DNA of 64,000 nucleotides from Octopus vulgaris (GCA_951406725.2 OX597821.1:29574001-29638000), one strand, 5' to 3'. Shown: positions 14,365-28,227, counted from the first letter of the stretch. Notes: generated by a model not told the origin, from the letters alone. Numbers and translations: made by a program.

Positions 14365-14887
14365 CAAGGAAAAGCCTGCTCATGAAATTAACATGCAAGT
14401 AGCGGAGCACTCCATAGACTCGTGTACTCTTAACATAGTTCTCGGGGAGATTCAGCGTGACACAGAGTGTTACAAGGCTGGCCCTTTGAAATGCAGGTGC
14501 AACTGAAACACGAAGAAAGAGTGAGAGAAAGTTGTGGTGAAAGTGTACAGCAGGGTTCACCACCAAGCCCTGCTGGAGATCATGGAACTTTAAGTGTTTT
14601 CACTCAATAAACACTCACAAAACCCGGTCTGGGAATCAAAACTGTGATCCATCTGATCCATGCAAGTATGGGAAAGTAAGTATTAAATGATACTGATGAT
14701 ATCATTTTCAGCTCCAGACAGGAAAAGAAATCTAAGAATATTCTCATCTCCAAAGTACTTCAAAAGACAGTGGAAAAAGTTACATGATTAGGAAAACAAT
14801 AATTTTATTTAGAGTAATGATTTGAATTAGTAAAATATTCCAAAAGAATACAGACCACTACCCTAACCACTGGGCCATAGCGCCTCC
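14365..14887 (-). mobile_element. tRNA-derived SINE (family with GGAGGCGC..TGGCCCAGTGGTTAGGG head), interrupted by a 200-bp insertion
   Basis: Minus-strand head ggaggcgctatggcccagtggttagggtag (A box), with the B-box-like gttttgattccc separated from it by 14650-14851. Confidence 0.8.
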
Positions 14888-15022
14888 ACATATAACCAAA
14901 TACATACATATATATAAATACACATGCATGACCAAATACTTACATACGCACATACATAACCAAATACATATATACATACATACACACACACAGCGGCAAC
15001 CATATATACGCATGTACATACA

Positions 15023-15056
<34 letters not shown>

Positions 15057-16070
15057 CATATATATATATATGCATATAGATACATATATACCGCTAAATA
15101 GAAACATAAAAATGTGTGTTTGTGTGTGTTTGTTCATGATCCTGTATATGCATATATTACATACACACATATGTCCTATGAATAACTCAGCATTAACTAA
15201 AATTATTACATACAAAAAAGCCTGACATACATACAGGACAACATGCATTAGTACGTAGACACATATTAGAATATACACACACACAGAAAATAATAATGGC
15301 TGATTTAATATCCATTGTGCCATGCTATACATATCCTGGTTGCATGATTATATAGATGCATACATATGAGAGAGAGGGAGAGAGACAGAAATTCTTGTCA
15401 ATGGTTTTTAATATCTATTCCTTTATTCTGGCATGGTTAAGACAGTTCTGGCAGATCTGCCAACATTTGGCACCCTGCTAACACTGCATTGTATGTACTG
15501 CTTGCTCTTAAGGTAAGGTAGTTCTTGTCATATGAAACATATTGTAGCTTTTCTTTCTGATTTTTTTTTTTTTTTTTTTTTATTCACAGGACTCATAATT
15601 GGACAGTAGCTATTTGTGCTACTCTGACTTGAATTCTTATTCATTTCAGTAGGGCTAAATATATGTGTCCATGAATGCAGGAGTGTGTGCATACACCTGT
15701 GCTTTTTTTAACACACGTACACACATATATGCTGATGAGGATACATTCAGATATGTAGTACGTGCACACACATATAAACATATTTTTAGATATATTGGTT
15801 AAGTGATTGAGAGAAATAAAGAGTTCTGCTTCAATATGTGTATACACACATGCTCATGTGTGTGTGTATGGGGGGTGTATGTGTGCATGTGTGTTTATAT
15901 ATATATACATATATACATATATATACATATATACATATATATACATATATACATATATATACATATATACATATATATATTCATAAACACAATGAATGTT
16001 GCATGCTCATTTTCCACATTATATTACAAGCAAATGCCTCAAATACTGCTAACATCCAGATATGAATAAC

Positions 16071-16102
<32 letters not shown>

Positions 16103-16419
16103 TAATAACAACAACCACACGGATCCTTTCTACTAAAGGCACAGAGTCTGAAATTTTGAGAGAGGGGGTGCTAGTCGATTACATTGAACCCAATGTTTCA
16201 ATAATACTTAATTTTTGAACCCCAAAAGGGTAAAAGGTAAAGTTGATCTCAGAACATAAAACCAGAAGAAATGTTGCTAGCATTTTGTCTGGATGCGATA
16301 ACAATTCTGATAGCTCACCATCTTAACTGTTGTAATAATAATACTAATAGTAACAATAAAAATAATGATTTCTTTATTAACCACAAGGTCATAATACTTC
16401 ATGTAAATAAAGTAAATAT

Positions 16420-16606
16420 AACAAATAATCCAGAATTCTTGTCTGGTAACAGATCGAAATCTAATCAGTTCAGGCCGGTCACAGAGGCCAAACGCCTGAA
16501 ATTTTCATCTGAATCCATCCAGCGGTTCTTGAGATATCTTGTCCATGGACAAACAAACACAAGTGAAAACAATACCTCCGCCTTAGCGAAGGATGGGGGT
16601 AATAAT
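16420..16606 (+). mobile_element. Helitron/Helentron-like non-autonomous element end with GC hairpin
   Basis: gaaattttcatctgaatccatccagcggttcttgagatatc...ggacaaacaaaca...gaaaacaat followed by the decayed terminal hairpin acctccgccttagcgaaggatgggggt (16574-16600). Confidence 0.45.
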
Positions 16607-18671
16607 GGTTTCAAATCTTGGCACAAGACCAGCAATTTTGAGAGAGTTAGTCAATTCTACTAACCCTGATATTTGACCAATACTATATTTTATCAGACTT
16701 CAAAAAGGGTGAAAGTTAAAAATTCACCTCAGCAGGATTTGAACTGAGAACATAAAGAGCAGAAGAAATAAAGGCAATTATGTTCAACTCTAACAAGTCT
16801 GCCAATAACAATGTGCTTTTGCAAAAATGTGTGATTGTGCATAAACTTGTATATCCTTTTTCAACTGAATATAAAATTAGATATATGAATACTTATACAT
16901 CACATGAAAATTTATATTACTTATGCATACACATGTCTCGGAATATTTGGTAAGTCATGAAACTGACCCCAAATAATAAATAACTCTTAAAAATATATAT
17001 AATTGTCAAGTATATATTCATGTCGTAATTCACATGGAGGTACAATCATATACGATGCATATATCATATATGATGCATATATATATATCCATATATATAT
17101 ACTGTTGGATCCTGTTGAACCACATAGCCCTCATTTTAGCATGGAAGAAAGATGTTAAACGATGATGATTGTATGTGTGTATTCCTATATATATATATAT
17201 ATATATCATCATTTAATGTCCGTTGTCCATGCTGGCTTGGGTTAGATGGCTTGGCTGGCTGTGTGGTTAAGAAGTTTACTTCCCAACTATGTAGTTTTGA
17301 GTTCAGTACCACTGCTAGGCACACTGGACAAGTGCTTTCTACAATAGCCCCAGAAGATCAGAGCTTTCTGAGTGGATTTGATAGACAGAAACTGAAAGAA
17401 GCCCATCACACACTCACATGTGTGTGTGTGTGTGTGTGTGTGCAGGTGTGTGTGTGTGTGCAGGTGTGTGTGTGTGTGCAGGTGTGTGTATGTATGTGTG
17501 CACATGTATATATGTCTGTATCTTCATCATGACATCATGTGATAGTTGTCACAGTGTCACCATCACAGAAGAAACGTCATTTGTTTCTGATCTTTTAACG
17601 GAAACATGTCCTGTCATGAAGTATTATCTGGCTTGGAAAAATATGAGTGCTGGTGAGAGGAAAGACAGCTGAAGAAAATTTTCTTTACTGAACTCCGCCT
17701 GACCCGTATGGAAAAAGTGGACATGAGAATGATAATGATGATGATAGAAATATACACACACATGTTTATGTATGTATGTATATATGTATGTAAGTATACA
17801 TATATTTCAAACTACGCACGATAAATTAAAACAATTTTTTTTACAGCTTCTATTCTCATCAGCGACAGATAATCATTTCTGAAATCTATCCAAGATAGAT
17901 TTATCCGACAACAGAATCATTCAACCAGTGTGCCAAATAGGAAATATAAAAGACTAAATATAATTAATTTAAGTTGAAACAAAAAAATAAATTCAACACA
18001 TAGTTTTTAACTTGGGTGGTATGCTTAATACCCTGTCGTCCATTTTAACACCATATCTAGCCCCCAATTGCTTCAAATGGAGACCATTCTATTGCAAAGT
18101 ATTCAGGCCCGGTCCCCAGTCTGAGGAAAATTGTGCCCCTCCCCAAGTTTCACACAATCTTAACCTGGAGTCATGGGCACTGCTCAACCTCTTCTGATTC
18201 AGTCACAAAAAATTATTTTTTTAAGTAAAGAACTTTGAATAAACTCCATAATTATGTTGAATATAGTAATATCAACATAAATATTTTGTTGTATCTTGAG
18301 AGGGTCATTATGCCAACAATAAACACATGCACTGGTTCAACAGTCAATAGGTTAGCTATTTAACCAACTAACTGACTGTTATATTAATTATTCAATTAAT
18401 CAATCAATCAGTTGCGTTTGTCAAAGTCATTTTGTTGCTATACACAAGTTCACATCAAGAATCTTGCAACCCAAATACAAAAACGAAATGGAAATATTAA
18501 TAAATTCTAAAGACAGCAAATAAATTTATAGGGCTTTTGTAGCTGGTTGAATAGATCACAATATTTAACTGGTACTTACTGTATAAACTTAGGCCATGGA
18601 CAAAAAGCTGGATTTAAACAAGAATTTAAAAAACATAAGAATGCCTGCCAATTGTCTTCTTAGGGCAATGG

Positions 18672-18702
18672 ACTTACCTGCAAAAGAAAAAAAATAAAAG
18701 AA
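18672..18702 (-). promoter_or_regulatory. Candidate recursive splice site (3'SS directly abutting 5'SS)
   Basis: Minus strand TTCTTTTATTTTTTTTCTTTTGCAG|GTAAGT; junction between 18678 and 18677; no other AG for ~50 nt upstream. Confidence 0.55.
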
Positions 18703-18963
18703 CATAAATATATTTTTCAACAAAATTTATCTATGCAATGTTAATGCAAAAACAACAATAATGGTTTCAAATTTTGGCACAAGGCCAGCAATTTTGGGAT
18801 GGGGCTTAAGTCAATTATATCAATCCCAATTTTCAACTGGTACTTGTTTTATAAACCTTACAAGAATGAAAGACAAAGTTGACTCTGGCTAAACACTTTT
18901 TCCAGCGCAGTAAAGATTCTGCCAGCTCACTGCCTTAATAATGTTGTTGTTGATGATGATGAT

Positions 18964-19510
18964 GTGGTACCCTGGCTGTCAAGGATTTTGCTCTTGACTG
19001 ATTGGAATTGTTACCATGCACCCGTTTTGCCTTGGAGTAAAAGATAGGCTAAAGCAAATATTCTGCTCAATACGACAGATTAACTTGTCTGTTACTTAAC
19101 CTTAACCCCTTGAGCATGTCCCTTAGTGGCTGATGATATATGTATTTCTAATCACAAGCAGAAGAAGTAGGGGAACATCATAGCCATGTGCTGAGGGGAA
19201 TTATTTGGGCTTTGAATAATTCACCTCTGGAAACAATTGGTGTTTTGTTCATCATCCTTAAACAACCCTAATTCAGGAACCTTTCGAACAGGATAGGCTA
19301 CTTGACCTGAAGAAAAATCCTAACTGGGCCCAACATGAAAGGTCATGTGCTGTTTATCATGTTATTAAATCACCATGTTGTGCATATATGGTTGTGATGC
19401 ACATGCCTGGTGTACTCTTATCAGAAAGATAGTCATGATGAATATACTGGGCTTCATATATCTGTACTCCAGTGTCACTTTGATGGCATGTGCTGCTCTC
19501 ACCCTCAATA
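18964..19510. repeat. Interspersed repeat of unassigned class
   Basis: Higher-complexity 550-bp block bounded by GAT/AAT microsatellite tails; resembles a repeat I recall as frequent in Octopus sequence; no coding potential. Confidence 0.4.
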
Positions 19511-22500
19511 ATGATAATTCTATTCTTAACACAATGCCAGCAATTTTAAGGAGACAAGGCAAGTTGATTACATTAACCACAGTATTTGACAGGTACTTTA
19601 TTTTATAAAAGTTGACCATAGCAGGATTTTAACTCAGAACATACTGAACCAGGTCAAATAATGAAAGGAATTTTTCCAATGCCTTAGCAATTGTCCAAGC
19701 CTACTACCTTAACAAAAATAATTGTTTCAAATTTTGGCACAAGGCCAGAAGTTTTAGCTGGATGAGGATTAGTCAATACCACTAAGTGCAGTACATGACT
19801 GGTAGCCTATTTGATTGACCTCCTAAGGATGACAGGCAATGCTGACTTAAGCAGGATTTGAAATCAGAACATAAAGAACCAGAGCAAATACTGCAAAGTA
19901 ACTTTTCCAATAGACTGATGATTCTGCCAGATTGCTGCCTGGATGATATGATGATGATGGGGTGGTGATCATGATGTGGTAGGGATAATGATAATGATTT
20001 CTCAATCAAACTAAGACAAAGAAGTGTGCAGAAGCTGGCAGACAGAATCAATCATCGTGACTAGATGCTTATTTTATTGAACCTGGAATAATTAAAACCA
20101 AATAATTATTTTTTGTGAGAAATCTGATAAGTGATAAGGGCAAGACATTCATTAAGAATACAACAGAGATATTCAATGAACATTTAAAAAAAAAATTTTA
20201 TAACAGCAACTGAGCATTGATATCTATCAATGAAGTGCAAAAATTAATTTGTTTGAGATCACCGATATCTTTCAATTTAAATTGTCTTCATATTTTGGTA
20301 GAATAAAATTCCTGTTTTAACCTAAGATTTCTATCAAGAATTAAAGAAAAGCATCAGTTAACTCCACTACAGCTCTAATGTTATACAAGTGAATCTAATG
20401 ACATAGACATCTGTGATGCTCATAATAATTCATAACATAATCACAAGATTACAAAGTTTCCAGCAATGTGAGTAATCAATTAATTACAGTATTCGATTTG
20501 ATATTTTATGATCACCACTACTCACCCCATAAGAGGGAAAGGTAAAGTAGACTACAGTATTATTTGATCTCAGAACATAAAATCCAGAATTCTATTATAT
20601 AATAGAACTATATATAATAGGCTTTTTCAGTAACTGTCTAGACAAATTCATACATACACACTCTATATTTGAATCTACATATCAGAAAGCTACTAAGCAA
20701 TACCTATCAATACATTTGCACACACGCATGCACGCACATGTACATCCACATACAATATGTACGCATAAACAAGTTTTAACAGCCACTTTTTAATGCTAGC
20801 ATGAGTCAGACAGAATTTGTTGAAGCATATTTTCTGTGGTCCAATGTCCTTCTTGTTGCCAATTCTCAGCTGCTTTCAAATGAGGTGATATTTCCCATGG
20901 CTAAACATACTTCTCATTATATTTCAGTTCACATATCAGGTTGCTACACAAAATTGACATTCATGTGTATGTTCATATATATACATGAGTATCTTTGTGT
21001 GTGTGTGTATAAGCAACAGAAGTAGTATTAATACCAAAATGCAAAGCAATCCATATATCCAACTAAACGTGGATATCTTCTAAAAACACCAAATACTGCA
21101 TTATCAGCTTCATATATGCACACACACTCACAGACACACACAGAGGCTTCTTTCAGTTTCTGTCAACCAAATCCACTCACAAGGGTTGAACAGGGCTATA
21201 GCAGAAGACACTTGCCCACAGGGCCACACTGGCAGATTGAACCCAGGACCATGAAGTTGGGAAGAAAATTTCTTATCACACGGCTGCACCTAAACCTATG
21301 TATGTGTATATATATATATCTATATAAGCACACACACACACACGTGTGTGTGTGTGTGTTTATGTACACATAAAGTTGGTTGGATAGCTGACTTCACCAG
21401 TCAGGCTTTACATTGTTTAGAGGGAGATGGGGATAGAGGTGCATGGCAAGTGCTTTATAACACTTGAAAATATACATTTTGATATTAAATAAAATTTTGC
21501 AGAGATAGGCTTTTGACAGAGTACAATGTAATTATGTTCATAAGGTTTTTAAAAAATAACAAAGTTATTGCGAATATACAAATGAGAAAATTCTTTTATT
21601 AAAATTCATTTTATTCATTTATTTGTTTCAGCCATGTGGTTGCGGTCTTTTATTTGAAAATTGGTATTCATTTCATCATTATCTAAAAACACCCAGAAAT
21701 TTGATTATAAGTTATATAATTACTGCATGTATGCAATATTTCCTGTTATTATCCACTGTGGCAAATGTATACTTCCGAAGATGCGTAGCATCCTAGTGTG
21801 CCTATATATATGTATGTATATATTCCCCTAAAGAGTCATGTGTCAGTGCCATACAAAAGCACCCATACCAGTGCCACATTTAAAGTACCCACTGTCAAGT
21901 GGTTGGCATTAAGAAGGGTGTCCAGCTACAGAAACCAAACCAAATTAGACTGGAACCTGGTGCAGTTCTCCAACTTACCAGCTCTAATCAAGCTGTTCAA
22001 CCCATGCCAGCACGGAAAACAGATGTGAAAGGATGATGATGATGATAGATAACACACAGTAGTGTTGAAATGAATACAACCTTCTTCATTCAGGGTAAGG
22101 CGTGGCCTTGCCCTGTTATGGGGGTAGTAAAATAGATAAACACAGTTAAGCTTGATACATATATTTACATAAAGCACAAAATACAGGGTATAAAATAGAG
22201 TAAAAAATTAGAGAGAGAGAGAGAGAAAAGACATTACATTATTTTTATATGTATGTATGTATGTATGCATGCATGTATGTATGTATGCATGTATGTATGT
22301 ATGTACATGCATGTATAATATTTTATAATCTGTATTCTATGCCCCATGTAAATACGTGTATTAAGTGTAACTATGTTTAACTTACTATCTATCTATCTAT
22401 GTATATATATGCATGTGTGTGTATATATACATATATATATATACACCCACACACACATATAACAATGTAAATGAACACACAGACACATACAGAGAACAAT

Positions 22501-23012
22501 GTATACACACTTGCCCCCCACCAATATTGTACAAGCACATACTACAAAACATTATATACATACCACACATGTTACAGCATTATACACATACGTATATTAA
22601 TTGGCACAAATACATACACACAAGTGATGTGCATATTATAAGGAAAAATTTATTATATTTTTTGCTTCATCGCTATGTGAAATTATCTTTCCTGCAGGAA
22701 GTTGGTGGTGGTCTCTTGACTTTCCCTTTCAAGTCTTACAGATTGATAAGCTGAGTACAATTAAGATAAGCCCAAGAGAAAAATGCTTCTTTTCAAGTGA
22801 AATAATAAAGTCTTGTTCCCAATTAAAAAAATAACACAGATTCCTAGTCTCCACCCCAACCACAACACCTAGATATCTATAAATTCTTTGACACCATATC
22901 CAGCTGATTATAATGATCATTAAATATCCCCATCATTTAGCATACATTTCCTATGCTGGTATGAGTTGGACAGTTTGAAAGGAGCTGGTAAGCTAGAGGA
23001 CAACACTAAACT

Positions 23013-23140
23013 CTAGAAATTTCTGTCGGCTTTCTTCGAGACGCGTACTGATAGTGATAAATTATATGGTTATTGACAAAGTGTCTATTTTCGGCATATT
23101 TGGCATTAGAAAATTTTTTTCTTTTGCCCTTGTTTATAAG

Positions 23141-23142
<2 letters not shown>
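23013..23142 (+). repeat. Second copy of the 14197-14320 Penelope-like segment
   Basis: agaaatttct...atagtgataaatta.atggttattgac...gtctattttcggcatatt.tggcattagaaatttt shared by both loci. Confidence 0.85.
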
Positions 23143-23173
<31 letters not shown>

Positions 23174-26100
23174 ATACATATAAGTATAAGTATGAATATA
23201 CATGTGTATGGGTATGGGTGTGAGTGTATGCAAACAACAGAAAAGAGCACTCGACATGTTTTGTATAGTTTATTTTTGCTTGTATTCACAGTGACTCAAA
23301 ATCCTGTTACTTCAAGTTCCACAGGAGAGAGAAGGACACTTATGATTGTTTGGATGCTTGTTCTCACTGTTTCTCTTCTTCAGTTGAATATTTAAATAAT
23401 GCAATTCCGAATCAAACTACAATTACATACAAATATCTATACGTATATACAGAAGACACACACATATTAACATGATATACATATACAAACGCACACATTA
23501 TTAGATGTACCCAAATATACACTAACATACAGGCATGAACACATTATTATATACACAAAATACACATGAACACATACATACACATTCTATATTTTAATCA
23601 CATATCAGATAACTATATACATTTTCATATGCACACATTGTACACAAATCCACACATGTCATATAGCACACACACATACATTCTATATTTAATTCACATA
23701 TCAGATAAAATTTGTACACATGCATACACAAACAAAACACACAGAAACACACTCACACACAGACACATTTTAATTTCATATCATACAGCTACACACATAC
23801 ATATCAATACTCAGAAATAATACCCACAAACTTACACATATCTCTCACTCTCTCCCACACACATCAGATAGCTATATGCACACACAAAGCCCACAAACTC
23901 ACACATACATATCTACACATCATATACAGACAAACACAGTTTTAATTCATACACCAGATAGCTACACAGTACACATCCATATGCACACACAAGCAAGGCC
24001 TCAATGGACTGAAAGTCAAGTCACGTTTTGTTCAGTGACCAAATTTTGCTATTGTCCCCAAATTTTTATGAAGTTATTTCATGAACATATAAACTTCTGC
24101 GACAATAACAAAAGCTTTTCATTTTTGGTATTGTTGTTGTTGGAATTGTTTTTCCCTTCATTGTTGCAACTATTGCTTCTGTTGTTCATCTTTACACAGT
24201 TATTTCAATGAATACTCATTAAAAATTGGAAACACAAGCTAGTCATAAGTTTTGTATAATGAAGGAAGAATTGAATTATTTTTAACACCCCTGCCACTGC
24301 CAGAATGCATTGTAGACATTGTTGGTGTTACTGTTTAGCATTTGATCAGCATAGAATAAGTAGACTGAAGCATGTCAGAGTGGTTAAGCAGCTTGCTTCC
24401 CAACTGTGAGGTTTTGTGTTCAGACTCACACAACCACACCGTGTGTGTGTGTCTTTTTCTCTAGACACAGGCCAACCAAAGCCTTTTGAATAGATAAAAT
24501 AGATAGAAATGGAAAGGAGACTATCATATATATGATGGGAACACTAACACACAATCATGTACACATACAAGAGTGTGTGTGTGTGTGTGCACGCGTGTGT
24601 GCTTTAGTGGGCTCATGTCTTGACATCATGTTCTATATGTGAACAGGTGTCACCATCATATAAGCAATGTTATTCCCTTCCAGCCATCCATGCATACATG
24701 TCTGGCTACAGGAAGATATTACCAATATTATCATGCTAGGAAACAGGTAAGGATTGGGAACAGGAAGGGCATCCTGTTTTGCCACAACGAATTTCATCAG
24801 ACACATATAAGCTTGAAAAAATAAACATTAAAATAATGAAGATCTTATATGTGTGTTTGTGTGTATTAAATTCCATCAACAAGGTACTGAAGAACCCAAA
24901 GCCATAGTAGAAGACACCATAATTGTTATACAGTGAGACTGAACTCAGAACATTCTGAATGCAAAGTAAACTTATCTACACAACCACACCATCGTGCTTA
25001 TTATACTAGATTTCCCCCAATCAAACACCTAACTAGCATTTATTTTATCAGTAGCAACTATTTTATTATCTGTGAAGTGATGAAAACTTCAGGAGAATTT
25101 GAACTGAAGGCATAAGAGGCACCAGACTCGTTATAATCAAGTAGCCAGTGCTGTATCTGTTTCCTCTACCATCAACATCTCCTGCACTAAAAGTTAAATT
25201 AATCAGTTGATGCCATACGTCGTTAGTAGTTAGTTATGTTATCAATTCTGGAAGGAATGGAAGATGAAAACTAACTGAATAATAACCCTTGTGAGATTTT
25301 GAACACCTTAACATGCGATATGAAACTAAATATGGTAAAGCATTCGGTTAACGATTCTCTCGTGCTTTAGCCATCTCTAATATCTACTGCCAAATAAATA
25401 TAAAGAACATGCAGAAGCTATATCGAGTTCTCCCTCCAACACTCCAATCTTATTCACATAAACTAGAGAAAGACATTGATCATCATCATTATCATTATCA
25501 TCACAGTCATCATCAGATATAGTTTCTGAAGAAGAGAAAAAAGTTACATTTCGATATACATACCTAATTAAAATGCCACTTCTCTTCCATCTATGTGTAT
25601 TTATTTCTGTGCATGTGTATAAGTGTGCAAATGTTTGTGCGCGTTTATTACCTATCAACTTAACTACCCAATTAACTAACATCATATATGCCTGCATCAC
25701 TATTAATCAGCCTACTAAATGTTATGCTTATCTACCAACCAACCATCTGTCTATCTATCTATCTATCCAGTTACCTATCTATCTCTAAACCTATCCATTT
25801 ATCTATCTATCTATCCCTAACGCTAGATTGCCAAAATACCTATCTATCTATCCAGTTATTTGGGCAATTACCAGTTTATCATCGTCAAAGTACTTTGCTA
25901 CTGAGAGACCTTTCCTTTCTGTACCAACCAACAATTCCCATCATTTGATGTTTTTATGTTCTCTTAAATAAAATTCCCTAGCTGGTTTTCATGTTTCTCA
26001 ACAGGGGTAAGGTGACAGACAGACAAACAGACAGACAAACGGACAGACAGACAGATGCAGATGCAGATAACCTGGTTAGCTGACTAGATACAAATATCTT

Positions 26101-27180
26101 TCAATGTCACATCAGAAACAAATACCAAATAAATATTTCTTTGGAGATATTTTTCTTCACTGATATCAGCTAAACACATTGTATGGGTATTAGCTAGTGG
26201 AAGGGTGTGCCTTTAAGAAATAAATATACACAAACATACTATGTTTCTTTAGCATGGCTGTGGAATTGGATCCACAGTCTGCCTTGAACCAGATTTGGAA
26301 AACAGAAACTGAACCAGGTTTGTCATATATATATCATTATCATCATTGTTTAACATCCACCTTCAATGCTAGCATGGGTTGAGCAGTTTGATAGGAGCTG
26401 ACCGGGCAAGAGCCTGCACCAGACATCTGTTTTGGCACAGCTATTACAACTGCATGCCCTTCCTAACACCAACCATCCAGCAGGTGTGTGTTGTCTCCTT
26501 GTGTTGATATGCACGCATGCACACATGCTGCAACTGTTTTTGTTCCAGTACATGATCTCAGGTGTAAACAAGTGTTATCATCATACAAGTTGAGTTCCTA
26601 GTGCACAATCTTCCATAAAAACATATCTGGGAAAAAAAGTGAGGGTTGGCAAGAGGAAAGGCATCCAGCCATTGAAAATCTGCCTCAATGAATTCTATCT
26701 GAAAAATGCAAGTCTGGAAAAGAGGCCTTTAAAACAAACAAATATAACATAGTAAAGCCATGCTGTGTAATGTAAACACAGTAAAAACTACCCCTGAATG
26801 TGGCCCCTTACCAACTGTAAAATGCAAAAGTGAAAACAAATGATTAAATGCAGAAGGTCACCATAACTGTTAGGTCATAGTTAATCAGTTAATGTCAAAC
26901 CATGATCCAGGGGAACATCCAAAATGCGAGAGCTGGTAGGAGAGAGGCTTGTACAATCACCTAATTGGTACTCATTTCATCTGAGTAAACTGGAATAATA
27001 TGAACTGAAGTGCTTTGTTCAAAAACACAAAGCACTCCCTGGTCCAGAGTTCAAACTCAAGACGGTAAGATAATGAATGAGCTTATCACCTTAATCCCTA
27101 GGTGAATTATGAATATATATGCATGCATGTGTGTGGAAATTGATTTACTCACACTACAAGTCATCATATGGCACCCTGCT

Positions 27181-27224
<44 letters not shown>

Positions 27225-27240
27225 TATATACATACATACT

Positions 27241-27417
27241 GTGGCATGTAAAAAGCACCCACTACACTCTTGGAGTGGTTGGTGTTAAGAAAGGCATCCA
27301 GCTGTATAAACATTGCCAGATCAGATTGGAGCCTGGTGCGGCCTCTTGGCTTGCCAGTCTCCAGTCAAACCGTCCAACCTATACCAGCATGGAAAACAGA
27401 CGTGAAACAATGATGAT
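27241..27417 (+). mobile_element. RTE-3'-end-related short repeat (family C)
   Basis: aaaagcacccactacactc..ggagtggttgg...gcatccagc...ccagcatggaaa...atgatgat tail; other copies at 21840, 44845, 47580, 56400 (+) and 26337, 37635 (-). Confidence 0.8.
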
Positions 27418-27448
27418 ACATGCATACGTATACATGTGTATGTATGTA

Positions 27449-27480
<32 letters not shown>

Positions 27481-27482
<2 letters not shown>

Positions 27483-27700
27483 ATCAACATCATCATTATT
27501 TAACGTCTGCTTACCATACTGGCATGGGTTGGACGGTTTGACTGAGTGACTAGCAAACAAGGGATTGCACCAGGCTCCAATATGATCTGGCAAGGTTTCT
27601 ACAGCTGGATGCTCTTCCCAATGCCAACCACTCCAAGAGTGTAGTGGGTGCTTATTATGTGCCACTGGCACAGGAGCAAGTCAGGTGGCACAGGCATCAA
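27481..27700 (-). mobile_element. RTE-3'-end-related short repeat (family C), inverted relative to 27241-27417
   Basis: Reverse complement of the preceding copy. Confidence 0.8.
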
Positions 27701-27704
27701 CAAA

Positions 27705-27901
27705 AACAACAATAATCCTTAGATGGAATTTATAAATATTTTAATGCATTACTATGCATGTTCCACAAAACACAGGTTTTTTCTAAAGATCATCCATAAT
27801 CCTGATGTACAATGGTCTTAAGAAATGTGTGATTTGTGGAAACACGGGTAACGATGCATTAAAATATTTATAAATTCCATCCAAGGATTAATATTGTTGT
27901 T
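27705..27901. repeat. Fold-back inverted repeat (palindromic MITE-like)
   Basis: 27714-27749 and 27854-27889 are 35/36 reverse-complementary, with further imperfect pairing inside. Confidence 0.9.
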
Positions 27902-28076
27902 ATTACTATATTTATCCTACATTATATAAGCACAGTTCGGTGCGACCACAAAAAACTGATAGTGCCAGTTGGCATCATTAGCCTGTAGTCATCATAATAG
28001 AATAGGAGCTTTTCTATGCACATTTAAAATGTTTCACATAAACAAATTTAAAGGATATATATGTGTGTGTATATAT

Positions 28077-28127
<51 letters not shown>

Positions 28128-28191
28128 TATATATATGTATATATATATGTGTATATATATGTGTATATATATGTATATATATATATACGTG

Positions 28192-28223
<32 letters not shown>

Positions 28224-28227
28224 CGTG

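Larger units (their letters stand above)
13980..15005. repeat. ATAACCAAATA-core minisatellite (~28-36 bp period) split by nested insertions
   Basis: Core at 13980, 14010, 14037, 14065, (14346), 14892, 14928, 14956. Confidence 0.75.

Noticed and set aside
14852-14887. tRNA-like A/B-box sequences here and throughout the window
   Set aside because: They are SINE heads followed by SINE bodies; no complete cloverleaf tRNA gene was found
25377-25570. Minus-strand acceptor at 25525 with acidic peptide ETISDDDCDDNDNDDD and a nearby GTATGT donor
   Set aside because: The acidic run is a GAT microsatellite, the implied intron is only ~38 nt, and there is no downstream donor
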